This document shows, piece by piece, positions 32,971 to 39,201 of a DNA stretch of 39,201 nt. A program made the position numbers and the translations under genes. The number at the start of each line of letters is the position of its first letter. The first letter of the stretch is position 1. The notes below the pieces were generated by a model. It had not been told where the DNA came from. It searched no databases and worked only from the letters and a program-made list of their open reading frames with translations. Where the stretch lies: positions 1 through 39,201 of the forward strand of contig JAOZQW010000001.1 of NCBI GenBank assembly GCA_029932015.1, given 5' to 3'. Source of the stretch: Candidatus Fermentibacteraceae bacterium (GTDB lineage Bacteria; Fermentibacterota; Fermentibacteria; Fermentibacterales; JCC-6).

Positions 32971-33859
32971 TGTTGTTGTGGTCGGAGCGGGTCCGGGAGG
33001 CTGTGCTGCCGCCGTGCAGTGCGCCAGACTCGGCCTCGCTGTTAAGCTGTTGGACAAGACCGGCAGAGCAGGCGGACTGATAAAGGAAGCCAGGCTGATC
33101 GAGAATTGCCCTGCTCTGGCAGACCCTGTCACAGGCGAGGAATTTGCGGACAGGCTATGTACCAGTCTGGAGCGTCTCTCCATCAGTGTGATGCGGGAGT
33201 CTGTCGAGAGTGTTGAGCGCTCCGAGTCAGGATTCAGTCTGCACACATCGCATGGTCGGCATGACTGCCGGACAGTCATCCTGGCCACCGGAACGGAACC
33301 GGTGGATTTTACACTGAGCGGTGATACAGGAATCGTCCTCCGTTCCTTCCTGGATCTCCCCGGGCATCTCTCCGGCATGAGCATAGCGGTCATAGGCGGC
33401 GGTGAGGCAGCGCTCGATTATGCCCTCCACGCCGCCGATCTGGGCGCAAACGTCAGTCTTCTGATCAGAGGTAATTCCCCGAGAGCTACAGGCACGCTTC
33501 TGGAGGCCGTCCTTGTCCGTGATGAGATACGACTGATGTACGATACGGACCCGATGTCACTCGTCCGTGAGGGGAGCCGGACTTTCCTGCAGATCCGATC
33601 AAATGGAATCTCGACCAGATTAAGTGTTGATGCCGTACTCGCCGCAGTGGGGAGGAGAGCAGTGCTGCCTGAGCTTCCGGAATTATGCGAAGACCTTTCA
33701 AGTGCTATAATCACTGCTTCCCCGGCACCAGGTATTTTCATATGCGGAGACGCACTGCTTGGAAGCCTGGGTCAGGCCGGTACGGCAATTGGTCAGGGAC
33801 TTCAGGCGGCGATGGGCTGTATGAGATACCTTTGTGATGGAGCAGGAGGAGACCCATGA
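32951..33859 (+). CDS. Thioredoxin-reductase-like FAD/NAD(P) oxidoreductase lacking the redox-active CxxC
   Basis: DVVVVGAGPGGCAAA (FAD GxGxxG) and IAVIGGGEAALDYA (second Rossmann fold). LRSFLDLPG occupies the position where TrxB has CATCDG. GTG start, 20-nt overlap with the upstream gene. Confidence 0.75.
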   Translation: MAVKISDVVVVGAGPGGCAAAVQCARLGLAVKLLDKTGRAGGLIKEARLIENCPALADPVTGEEFADRLCTSLERLSISVMRESVESVERSESGFSLHTSHGRHDCRTVILATGTEPVDFTLSGDTGIVLRSFLDLPGHLSGMSIAVIGGGEAALDYALHAADLGANVSLLIRGNSPRATGTLLEAVLVRDEIRLMYDTDPMSLVREGSRTFLQIRSNGISTRLSVDAVLAAVGRRAVLPELPELCEDLSSAIITASPAPGIFICGDALLGSLGQAGTAIGQGLQAAMGCMRYLCDGAGGDP

Positions 33860-34779
33860 GGGTCGTGGCAAGCACCGGCGAGTCGGATCTGGCCACCGTA
33901 TATGTCGGCGAGCTTGACGATGGAGAGCGGATCGAATTCGTCGAGTCTGTCCAGCCGCCCGTGCCCAGGGAGCAGAAGTGGGTGCTGATAGTCTCCACGC
34001 TGAGGGGCTGCCCTGTAAACTGCCCCATCTGCGATGCCGGCGTCCGCTTCGGGGGCAGGCTTACTGCTGATGAGATCCTCTGGCAGATCGACTACATGGT
34101 GCGCCTGAGATTTCCCACAGCAAATGTCTCTGTACCAAAGTTCAAGATCCAATTCGCCAGAATGGGTGATCCGGCATTCAATCAGGCCGTACTGGATGTG
34201 CTGGAGAGCCTGCCACTCATTTATCCCGAGGCGCCTGGTCTGCTGCCGAGTATCTCTACAATTGCTCCCACCGGGACAGATGAATTCTTCGAAAGGCTTC
34301 CAGATATTAAAGAAAGACTGTTCCCTGACGGTCGCTTCCAGATGCAGTTCTCCCTGCATACATCTGACGAATCCAGAAGATTCGAGCTCATCCCGGCAAA
34401 GACATGGTCCTTCAGCCGGATGGCCGAATGGGGAACCTCCTTCCATCACCGGAATGACAGGAAAGTCTCACTGAACTTCGCCCCGGTAGAGGGATTTCCT
34501 CTGGATGCAGGTTCCATCGCGAGTATCTTCAGTCCGGAGCACTTCATGGTAAAGCTGACCCCGGTCAATCCGACATTTGAATCTTCGAGACGCGGTATGC
34601 ATGGTGTAATAGATCCGGATAGGCCGGAAACTGCTTCTATGCTGGTCTCGGCCTTCAGAAAATTCGGTTTCGACACTCTCCTGAGCATAGGCGAGACAAG
34701 GGAGAATCTGATCGGCTCGAACTGCGGTATGTACGTTGGCAGGATGAAGGAGAAAGAAGAAGAAGAAGAAGAAGAGTAG
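33856..34779 (+). CDS. Radical SAM enzyme of the RlmN/Cfr superfamily, truncated/divergent, with poly-Glu tail
   Basis: CPVNCPICD (CxxxCxxC). Collinear RlmN-like blocks are present: DGERIEFV, FARMGDPAFN, SISTIAP, QFSLHTSDESRR, VKLTPVNP and IGSNCGMY. ATGA overlap with the upstream gene. Confidence 0.75.
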   Translation: MRVVASTGESDLATVYVGELDDGERIEFVESVQPPVPREQKWVLIVSTLRGCPVNCPICDAGVRFGGRLTADEILWQIDYMVRLRFPTANVSVPKFKIQFARMGDPAFNQAVLDVLESLPLIYPEAPGLLPSISTIAPTGTDEFFERLPDIKERLFPDGRFQMQFSLHTSDESRRFELIPAKTWSFSRMAEWGTSFHHRNDRKVSLNFAPVEGFPLDAGSIASIFSPEHFMVKLTPVNPTFESSRRGMHGVIDPDRPETASMLVSAFRKFGFDTLLSIGETRENLIGSNCGMYVGRMKEKEEEEEEE

Positions 34780-34783
34780 CTTC

Positions 34784-35278
34784 TCAGTTCCCTGTTACGG
34801 CCGCTCCAGAACCCAGCAGGACCTCCTCCGGGGGTGAGAGAACGGCGAATGCCCTCTCCTGGGTAAATATGCTGCTCAAAATCCACCAGTACGGGTTCTG
34901 CGGAACGAAACTGAACAGATGCTGCTCAGGTCCTGACCAGCCGTCGATGCACCACACATAGCACCCGCTGTTCTGGAAAGGTCCCCAGGCCTCGGTGTCT
35001 ATGCCGGCATCCCACAGCATAAGGAGTTCATACCTCTGCGGCATCCTCCAATCACCCTCAAGTGCATCTATCCACTGGTTCGCGGAGAGCCAGTCCGTAT
35101 CTATGTCAGGTCCAACGCGCCATTTCAGATCTGATTCTGTATCGGTTATCACGGAATCCTCTGAAACGGAGAATCGCTCGTCTATTAGGACAGGATCACC
35201 CCATCCGAGAAAGAACGAAACGAGAAGAAGAACTGTGAACAACGGGACTACCCTCACTGAGCTCGAGCTGACCATCAC
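34784..35278 (-). CDS. DUF1566 (Lcl C-terminal domain)-like secreted/anchored protein
   Basis: N-terminal hydrophobic anchor. WLSANQWIDALEGDWRMPQRYELLMLW...YVWC resembles the DUF1566 signature. The start is GTG 35278 or ATG 35275 and overlaps the ABC gene stop. Confidence 0.6.
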   Translation of the reverse strand: MMVSSSSVRVVPLFTVLLLVSFFLGWGDPVLIDERFSVSEDSVITDTESDLKWRVGPDIDTDWLSANQWIDALEGDWRMPQRYELLMLWDAGIDTEAWGPFQNSGCYVWCIDGWSGPEQHLFSFVPQNPYWWILSSIFTQERAFAVLSPPEEVLLGSGAAVTGN

Positions 35279-37371
35279 TCCCCGGCTTCCTCTTCAGCAC
35301 CGGCGTACTGAAGCAGATAGAGATTGTAGTAGATGCCCCGCCTGGCTAGGAGTTCCTGGTGACTTCCTCTCTCGAGTATTCTGCCATCATCAATGACAAG
35401 TATCTGGTCGGCCTTCTGGATGGTACTCAGTCTGTGGGCGACAATGATACTGGTCCTGTTCTGCATCAGCACCTCGATGGCATTCTGAATGAGCTGCTCA
35501 GTTGCGGGATCGACACTGCTGGTTGCCTCATCCAGTATCAGTATTCTGGGATCATGGGCAAGTGCACGAGCAAAGCATATGAGCTGCTTCTGACCGGTGG
35601 ACAATGTCGCGCCTCTTTCTGCCATCACAGTGTCAAAGCCCTCCGGCAGCTTCTCAATGAATGGCGTGGCCTGGACCATGTCCGCAGCTCTGACGACGTC
35701 CTCTCTTGAGAGATCGAGACCGAGCCTGATGTTATCCTCGATACTCCTGCTGAAGATGAATGCATCCTGCAGAACGATGGAGATACTCTTGCGGAGTGAG
35801 GAGATCGGGGTTTCCCGGAGATCTCTGCCGTCAATGAAAATGCGTCCGCTGTCGACATCATAGAACCGGCAGAGAAGGCTGATAATGGAGGACTTCCCTG
35901 CTCCGGTCGGCCCTACAAGGGCGACACTGCGTCCGGGTTCGACTTCGAACCCAACATGTCTGAGCACCTTCTTCTCTTCTACATACGAGAATGAGACATT
36001 CTCGAACTCAACCCGACCCTCGATGCGGGGTTCATCCGACCCGTCACCTGGGTCGACTATCATGGGCTCAGTATCCATTATCCCGAATATTCTCTCACCG
36101 GCAGCCATTGCGCTCTGCATGATGTTGAACTTCTGACTGATGTCGGCCAGGGGCTGGAACATCTGTCTGACATAGCTGATGAAAGCAACCAGAGCGCCGA
36201 TGGTCAGGCCCCCGGAGAGGACGCTGCCGCCTCCGTAGATAAGCACGAGCGCCACGCCGGCAGATGCGGTGATCTCAATGAGTGGCCGGAATACACCGAA
36301 GATGACCAGCTGCCGCATGTTGGCCCCGAAGTAGCTGGTATTCGTCGCTTTGTACTCGGCGCGTCTCTTCCGCTCCTGCCTGAAGGCCTGGACGACCTTG
36401 ATGCCGCTCAGATCCTCGGCGAGATTGGAGTTCAGTTTCGCAAGGTATTTCCTGACCTGTCTGTACGCTCCTCTGGCCTTGACCCTGAAAATGATGGTGA
36501 CGACCAGGAATACCGGGGATACTGCGAGGGCAATCAGTGCAAGTCTCCAGTTCAGTACGAAGAGTATTATGGCTGTACCGATTATCAGAAGAAAATCCTT
36601 GACCAGATTGACCAGCACCGCGGTGAACATCTCGTTAAGGGCTTCAACATCATTCGTGACCCTGGTCACCAGTCGACCTATGGGGTTCTTTGAATAGAAA
36701 TCCAGTGAGAGCTCCTGAATATGCCTGAAGAGTTCTGTCCGAACATCGAACATCGATCTCTGACCGGCGACAACCAGCGTCATGACATGACCGTATCCGG
36801 CGGTAAGGCTTATCGCTATCAGAACTCCAAGCAGGAGGGCCAGCCTGGTTATGCCCTTGAGATCTTCTCCTCTTACATCGAGAATAACCCCCAGCGGAAC
36901 ACTGGACAGGTCCTTCTCGGGCACGAGCCAGTGATCGCTCAGAACAAGGCCTGTGCCTCCGGTGAAACGGTCTCCGGGAAAGAGGTAGAATGTCCCGGGA
37001 TAAAGTGTCCCCTCGCTTTCAACAGACCGACGCTCGGCAGGATCCATTTTATCCAGTGCAGCCTTCCTGACGAGGACTGAATCTGGAGCCAGCTGCATAA
37101 GATCCGTCGAATCCGGAAATGCTGATGCAAACTCGTCGCAGACCTCAGGAGGAGCTTCATAGACCTGGTAGAGCTTGGCCAGATACAGATCAATGCCCTG
37201 CTTCGTGATGTAAGGGATGATGAGTTCAACGCAGGCGGTGAGTAGCATGAAGAACATCGCCAGAAATATGAGTCGACGATGGGGCTTCACATACCTGAGA
37301 AGACGGCGGATGAGTTTCCTGTCGTAGACCTTGCCTCCTGCTGCGTCCTCTACCATGGGATTACCGTGCAT
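35275..37371 (-). CDS. ABC exporter half-transporter (TMD-NBD), consensus Walker B, non-canonical signature, large extracytoplasmic insertion
   Basis: Walker A GPTGAGKSS, signature LSTGQKQL, Walker B ILILDEATS, H-loop VAHRLST. There are about 110 extra residues between TM1 and TM2. Confidence 0.9.
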   Translation of the reverse strand: MHGNPMVEDAAGGKVYDRKLIRRLLRYVKPHRRLIFLAMFFMLLTACVELIIPYITKQGIDLYLAKLYQVYEAPPEVCDEFASAFPDSTDLMQLAPDSVLVRKAALDKMDPAERRSVESEGTLYPGTFYLFPGDRFTGGTGLVLSDHWLVPEKDLSSVPLGVILDVRGEDLKGITRLALLLGVLIAISLTAGYGHVMTLVVAGQRSMFDVRTELFRHIQELSLDFYSKNPIGRLVTRVTNDVEALNEMFTAVLVNLVKDFLLIIGTAIILFVLNWRLALIALAVSPVFLVVTIIFRVKARGAYRQVRKYLAKLNSNLAEDLSGIKVVQAFRQERKRRAEYKATNTSYFGANMRQLVIFGVFRPLIEITASAGVALVLIYGGGSVLSGGLTIGALVAFISYVRQMFQPLADISQKFNIMQSAMAAGERIFGIMDTEPMIVDPGDGSDEPRIEGRVEFENVSFSYVEEKKVLRHVGFEVEPGRSVALVGPTGAGKSSIISLLCRFYDVDSGRIFIDGRDLRETPISSLRKSISIVLQDAFIFSRSIEDNIRLGLDLSREDVVRAADMVQATPFIEKLPEGFDTVMAERGATLSTGQKQLICFARALAHDPRILILDEATSSVDPATEQLIQNAIEVLMQNRTSIIVAHRLSTIQKADQILVIDDGRILERGSHQELLARRGIYYNLYLLQYAGAEEEAGE

Positions 37372-39189
37372 CTATTCCTCACCCCCTTCCTCAGTCGAAT
37401 CGTCTGACAACCTCGCCTCTTCTTCGAGCTGCTGCATCCGATAGAGCTCCGTGTAGAAGCCTTCATGGGCCAGCAGCTCAGCATGTGTACCCTTCTCAAC
37501 CATCCTGCCGTCATCCATGACGATGATGACATCAGCATTCTGGATAGTGCTTATCCTGTGGGCGATGATCACGCTTGTGAGATTGCCTATGTCGGAGCCA
37601 AGTCTTGAGAGGATCGCGGCTTCAGTCCCTGTATCGACGCTGGAAAGGGCATCATCAAGCACCAGTATCCTGGGATTCACAGCCAATGCTCTCGCGATGG
37701 CAACCCTCTGCTTCTGTCCGCCTGAGAGCGTGACCCCTCTCTCTCCAACAGTTGTGTCGTAGGAATCAGGAAAACTCTCTATCTCGGATGCGATATCAAC
37801 CGTCTCTGCAAGTTCCCTTACCCGCTCAGGTGAAAGTCCATCTGTACCGAAGGCGATATTGTCAGATATCGACATCGCGAACAGAAAGGTTTCCTGAGGT
37901 ACATATCCGAACTGTCCCCTGATGGCCGAAAGACTCAGATCCCTTACATCCGTCCCCCCCAGGAACACCTTTCCTCTGGGCGGATCGTACAAACGCATGA
38001 GGAGTTCAACGAGGGAGGTCTTGCCAGAACCGGTTCGACCCACTATCCCCAGTGTACCTCCTGCAGGCAGGCTGAAGGTGACATCTCTCAGAACCTCTGT
38101 CTCCGTGCCGGGATAACTGAAGGTAAGGTCTTCAATTCTGATTGCAGGCTCGGAGACTTCCTGCACATGTCCTCCTACGATGTCCGGCTCAGTACCGAAT
38201 ATCTTCTGGAGCCTGCCCATACTGGCAGCGCCGCGCTGCAGCAGGTTGACCACCCAGCCAATGGCGATCATGGGCCAGATAAGCATCATCAGATAACTGG
38301 AGAAGGCCACGAATCCTCCAAGGGAAAGACTCCCCTTGATGACCATGGTCCCGCCGGCGCCGAGGAGTATGGCCATACTGGTCATCGCCAGGGCCCCTAT
38401 CATCGGCTGGAACATGCCCCAGACCCTTGCAAGTTTGACGTTCTGCTCAACACATTCGCCGGCTTTCTCCGAGAAGTAGCTCTCCTCAGAATGCTCATCA
38501 CCATATGCTTTTATCACACGGACGCCGGAGAGGGATTCCTGCGCCTTCTCAGTGAGCGTGGAGAATGCCTTCTGGACCGATTCGAACCTTACATGAATGA
38601 GGTCTCCGAATTTCAGCATCATCAGCGCTATCACAGGAAGGGGTATCATGGTGAGCAGTGTTAACTTCCAGTTCATCAGGAGCATGATGGTGATACTCGA
38701 CAGGGAGAGAAAAATCGCATCGAATGAGGCGATAGTCGCTATGCCCGTCCCCATCCTGACCGCGCTGATGTCGTTGGTTGCATGGGCCATGATATCCCCG
38801 ACCTTGGTCTGGTCATAGTACTGCGGGGAGAGGCTCTGAAGGTGATCGTACAGCTCCTGGCGGATATTTCTGTCTATCCTGTGACTGGTTCCAATCACCA
38901 GGTAGCGCCAGAAGAAGCGGAAGATGCCCATGACGCAGTAGATACCGAGTACAGCGAGTCCAAGCCTGAAGATGTAGTCCGATGTGGCCGTTCCACTGGC
39001 CAGTCCATCTATCACACGCTGGAATATCTGTGGAACAAGGAGCTGCAGAGCATCGACGACGATAAGCGTCAGTAGACCGATGCCGACCCGTTTCCTGTGC
39101 TTCCATATTCGAAGAAGGAGCAGCTTCAGGCTGGTCCTGTCCATCTTCTTCCGCTTGTCCCCCTGGCCGGACTCCGATTTCCGCTTCAC
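37372..39189 (-). CDS. ABC exporter half-transporter (TMD-NBD) with degenerate Walker B (Asp for catalytic Glu)
   Basis: Walker A GRTGSGKTS, signature LSGGQKQR, Walker B ILVLDDALS, H-loop IAHRIST. GTG start at 39189 (ATG alternative at 39144). The stop abuts the next gene's ATG (TAGATG). Confidence 0.9.
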   Translation of the reverse strand: MKRKSESGQGDKRKKMDRTSLKLLLLRIWKHRKRVGIGLLTLIVVDALQLLVPQIFQRVIDGLASGTATSDYIFRLGLAVLGIYCVMGIFRFFWRYLVIGTSHRIDRNIRQELYDHLQSLSPQYYDQTKVGDIMAHATNDISAVRMGTGIATIASFDAIFLSLSSITIMLLMNWKLTLLTMIPLPVIALMMLKFGDLIHVRFESVQKAFSTLTEKAQESLSGVRVIKAYGDEHSEESYFSEKAGECVEQNVKLARVWGMFQPMIGALAMTSMAILLGAGGTMVIKGSLSLGGFVAFSSYLMMLIWPMIAIGWVVNLLQRGAASMGRLQKIFGTEPDIVGGHVQEVSEPAIRIEDLTFSYPGTETEVLRDVTFSLPAGGTLGIVGRTGSGKTSLVELLMRLYDPPRGKVFLGGTDVRDLSLSAIRGQFGYVPQETFLFAMSISDNIAFGTDGLSPERVRELAETVDIASEIESFPDSYDTTVGERGVTLSGGQKQRVAIARALAVNPRILVLDDALSSVDTGTEAAILSRLGSDIGNLTSVIIAHRISTIQNADVIIVMDDGRMVEKGTHAELLAHEGFYTELYRMQQLEEEARLSDDSTEEGGEE

Positions 39190-39201
39190 ATCGTCCCTTC
39201 G

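Noticed and set aside
34446-34886. 146-aa minus-strand ORF spanning the convergent junction
   Set aside because: It overlaps the 3' ends of both the rSAM gene and the DUF1566-like gene, and has no SD and no features.

Overview
The window is about 39 kb of bacterial chromosome with no rRNA, tRNA or CRISPR. Almost every gene has a GGAGG-type Shine-Dalgarno, and several secreted proteins end in T9SS/FlgD-Ig-like C-terminal sorting domains. My inference from this is an uncultured member of the FCB superphylum outside classical Bacteroidota.

Genes from 1 to 30937 are almost all on the minus strand and fall into three blocks:

(a) 1-492: an edge-truncated IS200/RAYT-type Y1 transposase that is missing from the ORF track. 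Next to it sits a REP-like palindrome and the terminator of the neighbouring operon.

(b) 531-19035: a cell-surface and uptake block. It holds a TPR-like lipoprotein, two large T9SS-tailed secreted proteins, two GWxTD-domain proteins and a PorV/PorQ-like beta-barrel. It also holds TonB, two ExbD genes, ExbB and two tandem paralogous TonB-dependent receptors.

(c) 19214-30937: a near-gapless 12-gene array. It starts with gcvT-gcvH-gcvPA-gcvPB and runs into eight uncharacterised genes. These are a bPH-like membrane protein, a small membrane protein, a 625-aa GlmL-like ASKHA ATPase and a 374-aa barrel-sandwich/KOW-like partner. The last four are translationally coupled membrane proteins with no recognisable family motifs.

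This orphan ATPase plus membrane module is my best candidate for an undescribed system.

On the plus strand (31142-34779) a coupled operon encodes a hypothetical protein and a small OM lipoprotein. It continues with an isochorismatase-family hydrolase, a TrxR-like flavoprotein lacking the CxxC motif, and a truncated RlmN/Cfr-like radical SAM enzyme.

The right end (34784-39189, minus strand) encodes a DUF1566-like protein. It is coupled to an asymmetric heterodimeric ABC exporter.

All calls come from reading the sequence and translations by eye. No database search was run.
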